From contig JBOICV010000051.1 in assembly GCA_050740255.1 (NCBI GenBank), forward strand, positions 7,118 to 71,117: a stretch of DNA of 64,000 bases. Reading direction: 5' to 3'. Below are positions 1 through 8,505 of the stretch, in pieces (within the stretch, counting starts at the first letter, position 1; each line of letters begins with the position of its first letter). Made by a program: the position numbers and the translations under genes. The notes below the pieces were generated by a model. That model was not told the origin of the DNA and ran no database searches. It was given only the letters and a program-made list of their open reading frames with translations. The DNA is from Nevskiales bacterium (GTDB lineage: Bacteria; Pseudomonadota; Gammaproteobacteria; Nevskiales; JBOICV01).

Positions 1-92
1 CGCACGCAGCCGCGGCTTGCTTTCCTAGCGTCACCGCGGCGGCGCTATACTCGGACAGACCGGCCACAGAGCCGGCGCCACGGAGAGGAATC

Positions 93-230
93 ATGACCTT
101 ATGCCCCATCGCTTTAGCGGTCGGCTGCAAGAAGTGCTTCATGTTCAACGTCTGTCCGGTCAAATCCATCATCGGCGACTACAAGCCGGAGCAGGATACG
201 AGGAGCAGCCCGCCATCTAAGCCGCAGTAG
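93..230 (+). CDS. small Cys-rich protein (45 aa), below the ORF-track size cutoff
   Basis: ATG at 93 lies 4 nt after GGAGAGG (82-88). Hand translation gives MTLCPIALAVGCKKCFMFNVCPVKSIIGDYKPEQDTRSSPPSKPQ, stop TAG 228-230. Four Cys within 21 residues and mostly G/C third positions. Confidence 0.4.
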   Translation: MTLCPIALAVGCKKCFMFNVCPVKSIIGDYKPEQDTRSSPPSKPQ

Positions 231-250
231 CACTTTTCCACTTATATTCT

Positions 251-385
251 GTCATTCCGGCGTAAGTCGGAATCCAGTATTTTCAAAGCCTGGACTCCGG
301 CTGGAGTTTATCCCCGGATCGAGTCCGGGGCAGGCTCTGAGCGCAGCCGAAGCCTGTCCTGAGCTTGTCGAAGGGGGCCGGTGTG
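251..385. repeat. REP-like GC-rich hairpin cluster (family A, ATTCCGGC..GCCGGAAT type, plus a CCTGTCCTGAGC..GTCGAAGGG module)
   Basis: gtcattccggcgtaagtcggaatccag (251-277) matches 58496-58522 with 3 mismatches. Further hairpin CCCCGGA-tcgag-TCCGGGG. The tail cctgtcctgagcttgtcgaaggggg recurs at 13462-13486. Confidence 0.6.
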
Positions 386-407
386 ACGGGTTCTTTGAGG
401 GTTTGGG

Positions 408-1385
408 ATGCAGGTATTTGTCACTGGCGGCTCCGGCTTTGTGGGCCGCAATATTATTCGCGCGCTCGTTGCGCGCGGTGATCGAGTGCACGCGCTGGCG
501 CGTTCGGACGCCGCGCTGCAGGCGGTGGCAGCGCTGGGTGCTCAAGGCATCCGTGGCGACTTGCATGATTTAGCGGCGATGCAAACCGGCATGAAAGGCT
601 GCACTGTGGTGTTCCATGCCGCGGCCCAGGTCACCGACTGGGGCGATCCGCAGCTTTACCACGACATCAATGTGCGCGGCACGGAAAACGTATTGACCGC
701 AGCCCGCGCCGCCGGTGTGAAACGCGTAGTGCATATCAGCACGGAAGCAGTGCTGGCCAACGGCATGCCTTTGCACAATGTGGATGAGACGCGTCCGCGG
801 CCCGACGACGCCCTGCCGCGCTATCCGCAGAGCAAGGGCCTGGCCGAAGCCGCAGTGCTCAAGGCGAATGGCGGCGGCATGCACACGGTAGTGGTACGAC
901 CGCGTTTCATCTGGGGCCGGGACGACACTTCGTTATTGCCGCAAATTCTGGCGGCCGTGAGGCAGGGCAAGTTCATGTGGATCGACGGCGGGCGTTATCT
1001 GTCGTCCACCTGCCATATTGATAACGTCGTGGAAGGCTGTCTGCTGGCAGCGGAAAAGGGCCGGCCGGCCGGAATTTATTTCCTCACCGACGGAGTACCG
1101 GTGGAGTTCCGCGAGTTCCTTACGCAGTTGCTCGCGACCCAGGGCGTGGCCCCGGGCAATAAGAGCCTGCCACGGGCTCTGGCCTGGACGCTGGCCGTGA
1201 TTTCCGAAGCGATCTGGAATCTTTTCCGCGTCAAAAGTCCGCCGCCGATCACCCGCGTCGTGGTCAATCTTATCGGCCAGGAAGTCACGGTAAACGACGC
1301 CAAAGCGCGTCGCGAACTGGGTTATCAAAGCAAAATGTCGCGCGCAGCGGGGTTGGCGGATCTCGTCGCGCGCGCGACTCGCTAA
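408..1385 (+). CDS. NAD(P)-dependent epimerase/dehydratase (extended SDR, 3-beta-HSD-like)
   Basis: N-terminal Rossmann motif VTGGSGFVGRNI and catalytic YPQSK (YxxxK). 325 aa. Confidence 0.85.
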   Translation: MQVFVTGGSGFVGRNIIRALVARGDRVHALARSDAALQAVAALGAQGIRGDLHDLAAMQTGMKGCTVVFHAAAQVTDWGDPQLYHDINVRGTENVLTAARAAGVKRVVHISTEAVLANGMPLHNVDETRPRPDDALPRYPQSKGLAEAAVLKANGGGMHTVVVRPRFIWGRDDTSLLPQILAAVRQGKFMWIDGGRYLSSTCHIDNVVEGCLLAAEKGRPAGIYFLTDGVPVEFREFLTQLLATQGVAPGNKSLPRALAWTLAVISEAIWNLFRVKSPPPITRVVVNLIGQEVTVNDAKARRELGYQSKMSRAAGLADLVARATR

Positions 1386-1432
1386 GTCAGCATCGTCATG
1401 ACGCTGTCCTTCGACTGGCGTGATACACAAAC

Positions 1433-2806
1433 CTACTGTCCCGCAATCGTCATCCCATCAATCAATATCGACGGCGACCGAATATTGCCGCGTACATCGA
1501 CATCATTGCCTAGCAGAGCGATCTTTTTGTACATCTCGCGCAAATTGCCGGCGATGGTGATGTTCTCGACCGGATAGGCAATCGCGCCGTTTTCCACCCA
1601 GAAACCGGAGGCGCCGCGGGAGTAGTCGCCGGTGATGAGATTCGCGCCCGAGCCCATCAGCTCGTTAACCACCAGCCCACGCCCCATCTCGCGCACAAGT
1701 CCATCAAAACTCTGCCGGCCCGGCTCGATCACGAGGTTGAATACGCCGCCGGAGTTGCCGGTGGTCTCCAGGCCCAGGCGCCGCGCCGAGTAGCTGTCCA
1801 ATACCCAGCCCTGCAACACGCCATCCTTGATCAGCTCGCGGTCCACGGTAGCTACGCCCTCGTGGTCGAAGGCGGCGCTGCCAATCGCTTCCGGCAGCAG
1901 CGGCCGCTGGCTGAGCTGGACCTGCGCAGCAAACACCGGTTTGCCGAGCTGGTCCAGCAAGAAACTGGCCTTGCGATACAGCGCACCGCCGCTAATCGCG
2001 CCGACAAAGCTGCGGAACAGTCCGCGCGCCAGCTCAGCTGGAAACAGCACCGGCGCGGTACAGGTCGCCAGCGGACGCGGATCAAGCCGCGCGCAAGCGC
2101 GGCGGGCAGCGATGCGTCCCACTTCGGCTGCGGACTCCAGCACGCCCGCGCGGCGTGCTGCGGTATACCAGTAGTCGCGCTGCATGGCTTCGCCCTGCTG
2201 CGCGATCAGTGCGCAGCTCAAGCTGTGCTCGCTGCCGCGGCTGCTGCCCAGGAAGCCATGACTATTGGCATAGAGGGACATCCCGCGGCGTGTGTCGAGG
2301 CCCGCGCCTTCGCTATTGGCGATGCGCGCGTCGGCTGCCAGACCCGCCGCTTCGCAGTTACGCGCCAGCTCGATCGCCTGCTCGACCGACAGCGGCCAGG
2401 GGTGATCAAGCGCCAGTTCGGGAAAGGTCCTGGCCATGCGTTCGGCAGGCGCAAGGCCGGCATAAGGATCGGCGCCGGTGTGGCGTGCGATGGCGCAGGC
2501 GGTTTCGACCGCTTCGGCTACCGCCGCAGGCGCAAGATCGGCGGTGGTGGCCGACCCGCGCCGCTGGCCGAAGTACACGCTCACGCTTAAATCCCGGTCG
2601 GCTTGGAATTCAATTGTCTCCGGCTCGCCTTTGCGCACGTTGACCGTCAAGGCGCGGCTGACGCCGAGCGCCGCTTCGGCCGCGCTGGCGCCTTGCGCTT
2701 TGGCGAGATTCAGGGCACGTTCGAGCACCGGCGCAAGCGTGTTTGCCGCGGGCAATTCTTCCCCCAGCATAGAACTTGCTGCCGAATTCGCGATCGGAGA
2801 AGTCAT
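1433..2806 (-). CDS. pmbA: PmbA/TldE-family metalloprotease
   Basis: 457 aa, the length expected for PmbA. TldD/PmbA-type conserved blocks, including the C-terminal GxxxxNGxIxxPVxxxTIAGN...I(D)GMTIAG. Confidence 0.85.
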   Translation of the reverse strand: MTSPIANSAASSMLGEELPAANTLAPVLERALNLAKAQGASAAEAALGVSRALTVNVRKGEPETIEFQADRDLSVSVYFGQRRGSATTADLAPAAVAEAVETACAIARHTGADPYAGLAPAERMARTFPELALDHPWPLSVEQAIELARNCEAAGLAADARIANSEGAGLDTRRGMSLYANSHGFLGSSRGSEHSLSCALIAQQGEAMQRDYWYTAARRAGVLESAAEVGRIAARRACARLDPRPLATCTAPVLFPAELARGLFRSFVGAISGGALYRKASFLLDQLGKPVFAAQVQLSQRPLLPEAIGSAAFDHEGVATVDRELIKDGVLQGWVLDSYSARRLGLETTGNSGGVFNLVIEPGRQSFDGLVREMGRGLVVNELMGSGANLITGDYSRGASGFWVENGAIAYPVENITIAGNLREMYKKIALLGNDVDVRGNIRSPSILIDGMTIAGQ

Positions 2807-2907
2807 AGAGCGCGCAGTCTGCCACAGGCCGGCGCGCAGTAGCGGAAGGGGAAACTGGCGATGTTGCCACGACAGCGCGATTTGATCTGCAAGCCTCGGG
2901 CGCGACC

Positions 2908-4359
2908 GTGAAGTTGCGTCTGAAATCTCTTACTGGCCTGGCGCTGGCCGGCTTTGCGCTGGTGGTGCTGCCGCTGATTGCGGTGCTGGCCGCGGCCAAT
3001 ATCTACGTCGAAACGCTGGCCGAGCAAAGCGAGCAGCTTATCGTTCAAGGCGTGCGGCTGGCGCGCCAGAGCAAGGAACTGGAAGAAAAAATCATCGCGA
3101 TGGAGCGCAACGTGCGCCAGTACCAGGTACTGGGCGATTACGCGCTGATTGACCTGACCACGGAGCGTTACCGGGAACTGGAAGCGGTGTTAAGCAGCTT
3201 GGAACAATCGCGCGGTCATGCGGCGAGTGATTGGCATCTGGACGAGATTAGAAGCGCCTGTCTGGCGATTCTGCGAGCGCTGCGGGACCATCCGCCACAA
3301 TCGGCGCAACTGGCGGGCGAGCTGGAACGCTTCAGCCGGCTGCGCGAGCTGGCCGCATCGATCCGCACCCAGGGCTATCAATTCATCAGCGCCAAGTCGG
3401 AGCTATTGCAGGCCACAGCGAGCGACGCGCGCCGCCTGTTGTTGCTGATGGCCATTACGCTGATTCCGGCGGTGATTGTGCTCTCATTGTGGTTCACCGT
3501 ACTCATCACCCGGCCTATCAATCAGCTTGAGCAGGCCATTATGGGCCTGGGCAAGGGCGCGTTCACCGAACCGATCGTGGTCGGCGGCCCGCATGAGATC
3601 GCCGCACTCGGCAGCCGGCTCGACTGGTTGCGCCGAAGGCTGACGACGCTCGAGGCGGAGAACAACCGTTTCCTGCGGCATATGTCGCACGAGCTTAAAA
3701 CGCCCCTGTCGAGCATCCGCGAGGGCGCCGAGTTGCTGCTGGATGGTACGGTCGGCGGACTGAGCGACACCCAGCGGGAAATCGCCGATATCCTGCGCAA
3801 CAACAGCCTTGAGTTGCAATTCCTGATTGAGAATCTGCTGGACTATGAGCAGTGGCGCGAAAAGTCCGCGGAGCTCGAAATTTCCGACTTTCCATTGCGT
3901 CCCCTGCTCGAATCCACCATCCGGCGGCATCAACTGCCCATCGCCAGCAAGGGTTTGCTGATCGAGACGGCCGTTGAGGATTTCAGCCTGCAGGCCGACC
4001 GCGAGCGCATCCGCATGACGCTGGACAATCTGATCTCCAACGCGGTGAAGTTCGCGCCAGCGGGCGGTACCGTGTATATCAAGGCCCGCAAGCGGCCCAA
4101 TTCCGGCGAACGGGATCTGATTACGATTGACATCGCTGACACCGGACCCGGCATTCCCGCCGAAGAACGGTCGCGAGTGTTCGACCCGTTTTACCAAGGT
4201 AAATCTGCCGGCGGCGGTTATTTGCGCGGAACCGGCATCGGCCTATCCGTCGTGCGCGATTGCATTCATGCGCACCGCGGCACGATTCAAGTTATTGAAG
4301 GAGAGTACCCAGGTGCCCATCTTAGAATTCAGCTGCCGTCGCCGCCTGCTGCGCGCTAG
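2908..4359 (+). CDS. glrK: membrane sensor histidine kinase, GlrK/QseE-like
   Basis: GTG start. Two TM segments plus HAMP. H-box HMSHELKTPL, N-box DNLISNAVKF, G1 DTGPGIP, G2 GTGIGLS. Gene order kinase-lipoprotein-sigma54 regulator matches E. coli glrK-yfhG-glrR. Confidence 0.8.
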   Translation: MKLRLKSLTGLALAGFALVVLPLIAVLAAANIYVETLAEQSEQLIVQGVRLARQSKELEEKIIAMERNVRQYQVLGDYALIDLTTERYRELEAVLSSLEQSRGHAASDWHLDEIRSACLAILRALRDHPPQSAQLAGELERFSRLRELAASIRTQGYQFISAKSELLQATASDARRLLLLMAITLIPAVIVLSLWFTVLITRPINQLEQAIMGLGKGAFTEPIVVGGPHEIAALGSRLDWLRRRLTTLEAENNRFLRHMSHELKTPLSSIREGAELLLDGTVGGLSDTQREIADILRNNSLELQFLIENLLDYEQWREKSAELEISDFPLRPLLESTIRRHQLPIASKGLLIETAVEDFSLQADRERIRMTLDNLISNAVKFAPAGGTVYIKARKRPNSGERDLITIDIADTGPGIPAEERSRVFDPFYQGKSAGGGYLRGTGIGLSVVRDCIHAHRGTIQVIEGEYPGAHLRIQLPSPPAAR

Positions 4360-4876
4360 CGCCAGCCTGGCGACGGCGCTCGCGCTAGCGGCTGCGGGCC
4401 TGCTCAGTAGCGGCTGCGAGACCTTGCAGGAGGTCGTTGCTCCGGAGCCGCCGCCCGCCAGCACCGGCATGCTGTCATTGGAGCAGTATCTGGCCTATAC
4501 GCGGCTGCTGACGGCGGCGCGTCCGGCACAACAGAAAAAAGTCTATCAGCAAGCCGTTTCAGCCTACCGGCGCAATCCCACGCCGCATAACCAGCTGCGC
4601 TACGCGCTGACCTTGAGCGTGCTCGACAGTCCCTACGGCGACTCGGAGCAGGCGCACAAGTTGTTCAAAGCGCTCGCCGCAACGCCGCTGCCGCGGGACC
4701 TGGGAGCGCTGGTCAATCTGCAGCTCCACGTGTTGCAGCATCGACGCGCGCTGACGGACCGAGTCGCCATACTGAGCAAAGCCTTGGACGATGCGGCGGC
4801 CAAAATCGATGCGCTGACCACGATCGAACAGAAACTGGAGCGACCCGCCCGCGAGCAGGACATTATTCAACGATGA
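4313..4876 (+). CDS. qseG: lipoprotein occupying the QseG/YfhG position
   Basis: I prefer the GTG at 4313, preceded by GAAGGAGAG (4297-4305), over the track start at 4127. Signal peptide RRRLLRASASLATALALAAAGLLSSGC has a lipobox. Its stop overlaps the glrR start (ATGA at 4873-4876). The assignment is by position and architecture only. Confidence 0.55.
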   Translation: MPILEFSCRRRLLRASASLATALALAAAGLLSSGCETLQEVVAPEPPPASTGMLSLEQYLAYTRLLTAARPAQQKKVYQQAVSAYRRNPTPHNQLRYALTLSVLDSPYGDSEQAHKLFKALAATPLPRDLGALVNLQLHVLQHRRALTDRVAILSKALDDAAAKIDALTTIEQKLERPAREQDIIQR

Positions 4877-6213
4877 GTGAACCCTGCGGCAAATTACTGC
4901 TGGTAGACGACGATCCGGACCTGCGGCGTCTGCTCAGCATCCGGCTGCGCGCGTCGGGTCACGCGGTCGAAACTGCCGATGGCGCGGCGCAAGCGCTGAA
5001 CGTAATCCCGAGCTTCCAGCCGGATCTGGTGATCACCGATTTGCGCATGGAACAGATGGACGGCATGCAATTGTTGCGCGAGCTGCAGCGCCTGCGGCCC
5101 GGCCTGCCGGTGCTGATCATCACCGCGCACGGCACCATCCCGGATGCGGTCCAGGCTACCCAGCACGGCGCCTTCGATTTTCTGACCAAACCGGTCGACA
5201 AGGATTTGCTGCTGCGGCGGGTCGGCGACGCGCTGCGGCTGTCCGGCGCCGCTATGCCGGACGACGACTGGCACGCCGATATCGTCACCGGCAGTCAGGT
5301 CATGCTGGAGCTGCTGGCCGACGCGCGTCTGGTCGCGGGCTCGGATGTGAGCGTAATCATCACCGGCGACAGCGGCACCGGCAAGGAGCTGCTGGCACGC
5401 GCGATTCACAAGGCCAGCCCGCGCCGCGGCCACGAGTTCGTCGCCATCAACTGCGGCGCCATGCCTGAGAATCTGCTGGAATCGGAGCTGTTCGGGCACG
5501 AGAAAGGCGCCTTCACCGGCGCGACGCGCGATCACGCCGGACTGTTTCGCGCGGCCGCGGGTGGCACCGTTTTTCTCGATGAGATCGGCGACATGCCGCT
5601 GCCGCTGCAGGTGAAACTGCTGCGCGTATTGCAGGAGCGCGCTATCCGGCCGATCGGCAGCACCCGCACGATACCGGTGGATGTGCGGGTGATCTCGGCC
5701 ACCCATCGCGATTTGCTGAACACGATGGCTGAAGGCCGCTTCCGCGAAGACCTCTACTACCGCCTTAAAGTGGTGTCGCTGGCGCTGCCGCCGCTCGCGC
5801 GGCGTACCGGGGATATCCCGCTGCTGGTGGCGCACTTCCTCAAATTTCTCGCGGCCCGCCAGGACGGTCAAAGGAAAGTCTATTCGCCCGAGGCGATGGA
5901 GATGCTGGTCATGGCGGAGTGGCCCGGGAATGTGCGCCAGCTCTACAACATGGTGGAGCAGAACGTGGCGCTATCGCCGACGCCGGTCATCAGCGCCGCG
6001 CTGGTCGAAAAAGCCCTCGGCGGGGGCGGAAAATTACCCTCGTTCGCGCAGGCGCGCGACGAATTCACCCGGAATTATCTGATCCAGCTCTTGCAGATTA
6101 CCGGCGCCAACGTCAGCCAGGCGGCGAAACTGGCCGAACGCAATCGCACGGAGTTCTATAAGTTGCTGGCGCGTCATCACGTAAGTCCGGCCGACTTCAA
6201 ACAAAAGCACTAG
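4873..6213 (+). CDS. glrR: sigma54-dependent two-component response regulator, GlrR/QseF orthologue
   Basis: Receiver domain (DLRMEQMDGMQL, TKPVDKD), AAA+ sigma54-activation domain (GDSGTGKE, ESELFGHEKGAFTGA with the GAFTGA loop) and C-terminal HTH (NRTEFYKLL). As I recall the E. coli GlrR sequence, the similarity extends along the full length. Confidence 0.9.
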   Translation: MSEPCGKLLLVDDDPDLRRLLSIRLRASGHAVETADGAAQALNVIPSFQPDLVITDLRMEQMDGMQLLRELQRLRPGLPVLIITAHGTIPDAVQATQHGAFDFLTKPVDKDLLLRRVGDALRLSGAAMPDDDWHADIVTGSQVMLELLADARLVAGSDVSVIITGDSGTGKELLARAIHKASPRRGHEFVAINCGAMPENLLESELFGHEKGAFTGATRDHAGLFRAAAGGTVFLDEIGDMPLPLQVKLLRVLQERAIRPIGSTRTIPVDVRVISATHRDLLNTMAEGRFREDLYYRLKVVSLALPPLARRTGDIPLLVAHFLKFLAARQDGQRKVYSPEAMEMLVMAEWPGNVRQLYNMVEQNVALSPTPVISAALVEKALGGGGKLPSFAQARDEFTRNYLIQLLQITGANVSQAAKLAERNRTEFYKLLARHHVSPADFKQKH

Positions 6214-6231
6214 AAGGCTCCTCACTAACTC

Positions 6232-6365
6232 CTGTCGCCAAAAAGCGACGGCCTGCTTTCCAGCAAATCCCCATAAAACAGCGATTTCACGCTTTGCTGC
6301 AGCGCCAACTGTCGGCAATTCACGACAGTTTTGCGGGTTTTCACGGCTGTTTCCTGCTACCGACC
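6232..6365. promoter_or_regulatory. GlrR-type upstream activating sites (TGTC-N10-GACA boxes)
   Basis: Perfect AACTGTCG-N8-CGACAGTT at 6307-6330, which contains TGTC-N10-GACA at 6310-6327. Near copy TGTC-N10-GACG at 6233-6250. Weak TGTT-N10-GACC at 6348-6365. The boxes lie about 60-190 bp upstream of the sigma54 promoter. Confidence 0.55.
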
Positions 6366-6421
6366 GAAACGCCTCCGGTCATCTGTGCACACGAGTCTGT
6401 TTTTTAAGGATTTTTTTAGAT

Positions 6422-6436
6422 TGGCATGCAGCTTGC
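6422..6436 (+). promoter_or_regulatory. sigma54 (-24/-12) promoter
   Basis: TGGCATG-N4-TTGC against the consensus TGGCACG-N4-TTGCW, with exact spacing. An A/T-rich tract (6396-6419) sits between the boxes and the promoter, as at IHF-bent sigma54 promoters. Confidence 0.65.
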
Positions 6437-6446
6437 CCTAGTTTTC

Positions 6447-6520
6447 GTAACGCGAGTCTGTGATCGTGACCCCCGGACGGTCTGCTCCTCCCCCTCCCGC
6501 TAGGCCGTCCGGGGTTTTTT
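6447..6520 (+). ncRNA. candidate sigma54/GlrR-dependent small RNA (alternatively an attenuated 5' leader of the next ORF)
   Basis: The predicted +1 lies about 11 nt after the -12 GC, and the transcript ends at an intrinsic terminator (6471-6520). The hairpin loop carries the C-rich CUCCUCCCCCUCCC. The 5' end is inferred, not observed. Confidence 0.4.
6471..6520 (+). terminator. intrinsic terminator
   Basis: CCCCGGACGG (6471-6480) pairs with CCGTCCGGGG (6505-6514), followed by TTTTTT (6515-6520). Confidence 0.75.
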
Positions 6521-6533
6521 ATCAGGAGAGCGC

Positions 6534-6758
6534 ATGCATCACCCAGCAGCACCGCTATTCGTCGCAGCTATATTTTCGATAGCTATGTTGGTCGGCTGCG
6601 ATTTGGACAGGCCGCAAGAATTGCCGCCCGATCTCGGCCCGACCGATTCCGGAGCAGAACGCAGTCCTGCGCCCGAATCCTTGGATCGGCTGAGCCAACC
6701 ATTCGAGCCATTCGATCGTAGTCAACCGCAGCCCCGGCCGGTGTTTCACACCTGTTAG
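6534..6758 (+). CDS. small putative lipoprotein (74 aa)
   Basis: AGGAGAG RBS at 6524-6530. Signal peptide with lipobox MLVGC. Third-position composition is less G/C-biased than in neighbouring genes, so coding status is uncertain. Confidence 0.4.
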   Translation: MHHPAAPLFVAAIFSIAMLVGCDLDRPQELPPDLGPTDSGAERSPAPESLDRLSQPFEPFDRSQPQPRPVFHTC

Positions 6759-6817
6759 AGACTGGGGAAGCGCAATCGGTTCGCTCAATTTCCGCAACAC
6801 GCATAAGGAGTGTGCCC

Positions 6818-7048
6818 ATGCCAAATATTTTCTTCGCATCGCTGATTGATTTGCTGGTGGCAGGAACCGCCGGCATCTTCTGGTATTTGAACGCGCTTTC
6901 GAGCGTGGCCAAGCTGCTGTTTTTTCTTTTCCTGGGTTTGTTCGCCCTCAATCTGATCGTCGGCCTTATCGGCCGGCTGGCCGGCGAATGGAAAGATCAG
7001 GACGCTGGCGCCGTATTCGCACCCATTCCTGCCGCGTACAACGAATAG
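6818..7048 (+). CDS. small membrane protein (76 aa, two hydrophobic helices)
   Basis: AAGGAG at 6805-6810 lies 7 nt before the ATG at 6818 (the track starts at the GTG at 6812). Hydrophobic segments LIDLLVAGTAGIFWYL and LLFFLFLGLFALNLIVGLIG. Confidence 0.5.
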   Translation: MPNIFFASLIDLLVAGTAGIFWYLNALSSVAKLLFFLFLGLFALNLIVGLIGRLAGEWKDQDAGAVFAPIPAAYNE

Positions 7049-7270
7049 GCCGGAGCGGAGACCGCTAATGAATCATCATGAGAATTTGCCCGTACTGACA
7101 CTCAAACACCGCCCGCATCGGGACGATCAAACGCTCCACCCGCAACCCGTCTGCATACTGAAGCGCTGCCACTCGCAAACTCGGTGCTTGGTTTATACCA
7201 AGCATCCGCGCCGGCCGGCGCTACGCCAGCAATGGTCTGCCGCTCAGCGCGGCTGAAGGAAGCCCGACAA

Positions 7271-8107
7271 ATGCTTCCCCTGCGCCGCAATTTTCGCTTT
7301 CGCCCGCCACCTGACAGGATCAAAGCCTGGCACCCGATGGGGCCGCAGGTGAGTCACCTGCTCAACGCCCTGTCCATTTTCTTTCCTGTAGGCGAGCGTT
7401 TCTTCATTCATAGCGTGCGGCACTACCGCGACCGAATTGGCGACGCTGAGCTGCAGCAAGCTGTTACCGCGTTTATCGGCCAGGAGGCCCTGCACGGCCG
7501 CGAACATGAGCGATACAACCGCGCTCTGCTTGAAGCCGGACTGCCAGTGGAACGCCTGGAGGCACAGGTCGCAGGCTTGCTCGAAACTTTCAAGCGACGC
7601 TTGCCGCCGGCGGCACAGCTTTCCGTCACCATCGCACTGGAGCATGTGACTGCGATTTTCGCTGATCTGCTGCTCAAGGAACCCAGTATTGTCGGCGGCG
7701 GCGAACCGCACTTGGCGACACTATGGCGCTGGCACGCGTTGGAGGAAACCGAGCACAAATCCGTCGCCTTCGACGTTTACGAACGTGCAGTGGGTCGCGA
7801 CACCAAAGCCTATGCGCTGCGCTGCCTGGGATTGTGCGGCGCCAGCCTGATCTTCTTTACCTTGATCGCCCGCTACCAGCGGCAGTTGGTCAAGGCCGAT
7901 CCGCAGGCCCGCGGCTGGAGCGGCTGGGCGGGGCTAAGCAGTTATTTGTTCGGCTCACCCGGCGCGCTGCGGCGATTGGCTGCGCCATGGCTGGGTTATT
8001 TCCGGCGGGATTTTCACCCCTGGGATTACGATAACCGCGCTTTTCTTGCGGAACTCGACAAATTCAACCGCAAGCTGGAGGCTTTGCCGCTGCCGATCGC
8101 GGCGTGA
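7271..8107 (+). CDS. predicted metal-dependent hydrolase (COG3687-type, two ExxH motifs)
   Basis: I prefer the ATG at 7271, after GAAGGA, to the track start at 7184. Motifs QEALHGREHERYN and EETEHKSVAFDVYE are typical of this family. Confidence 0.7.
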   Translation: MLPLRRNFRFRPPPDRIKAWHPMGPQVSHLLNALSIFFPVGERFFIHSVRHYRDRIGDAELQQAVTAFIGQEALHGREHERYNRALLEAGLPVERLEAQVAGLLETFKRRLPPAAQLSVTIALEHVTAIFADLLLKEPSIVGGGEPHLATLWRWHALEETEHKSVAFDVYERAVGRDTKAYALRCLGLCGASLIFFTLIARYQRQLVKADPQARGWSGWAGLSSYLFGSPGALRRLAAPWLGYFRRDFHPWDYDNRAFLAELDKFNRKLEALPLPIAA

Positions 8108-8180
8108 TCTGGGCGAATAATAAGGCGGCTGATTTACCCAACGCGTTGTGGCCGCGCCTTCGCATAATGTATAAAGCGGC

Positions 8181-8462
8181 ATGCACCGCTTGAAATATCT
8201 TCTCTGCATCTGCCTGCTCGTTGTCAGCACGAGCTGCGCCCGCACCGCAACGCTGTTACCGCAAGCCGATTCGAGTTACAAAGTCGTGACCTTGGGCAAA
8301 GACCTGAAGGAAGCACGCAAGGCCGCGCGCGCCGAGGCGGAAACCGCCTGCCGGCGCGAAAAGGGCAAATACGAAGGGATAGCGGAAGACCCGCCCGAAA
8401 CCATGCCCGACGGTCAAATCCGCTTGCGCTGGCGCTTCCGCTGCGTGGAGCGCGGCTACTAA
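8181..8462 (+). CDS. small lipoprotein (93 aa)
   Basis: Signal peptide LLCICLLVVSTSC with a lipobox-like Cys. G/C-rich third positions. Confidence 0.55.
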   Translation: MHRLKYLLCICLLVVSTSCARTATLLPQADSSYKVVTLGKDLKEARKAARAEAETACRREKGKYEGIAEDPPETMPDGQIRLRWRFRCVERGY

Positions 8463-8466
8463 AAAA

Positions 8467-8495
8467 ATAGGGCCGGGTTCTTAGCCCGGCCCTAT
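8467..8495. terminator. hairpin between convergent genes (bidirectional terminator candidate)
   Basis: ATAGGGCCGGG (8467-8477) pairs with CCCGGCCCTAT (8485-8495). The A7 run at 8461-8467 supplies a U-tract for the minus-strand gene. Confidence 0.55.
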
Positions 8496-8505
8496 TCACA
8501 AGATA

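Noticed and set aside
4127-4312. Upstream extension of the QseG-position lipoprotein ORF
   Set aside because: It would overlap the kinase gene by 230 nt, and the extension has no signal-peptide logic. The GTG at 4313, with a GAAGGAGAG RBS, places the RRR n-region and the lipobox correctly.
7068-7256. 62-aa ORF upstream of the metal-dependent hydrolase gene
   Set aside because: Poor codon bias, a His/Arg/Pro/Gln-rich composition and no RBS. The region contains only a short hairpin (TGCTTGGT-ttat-ACCAAGCA) and is more likely a 5' untranslated region.
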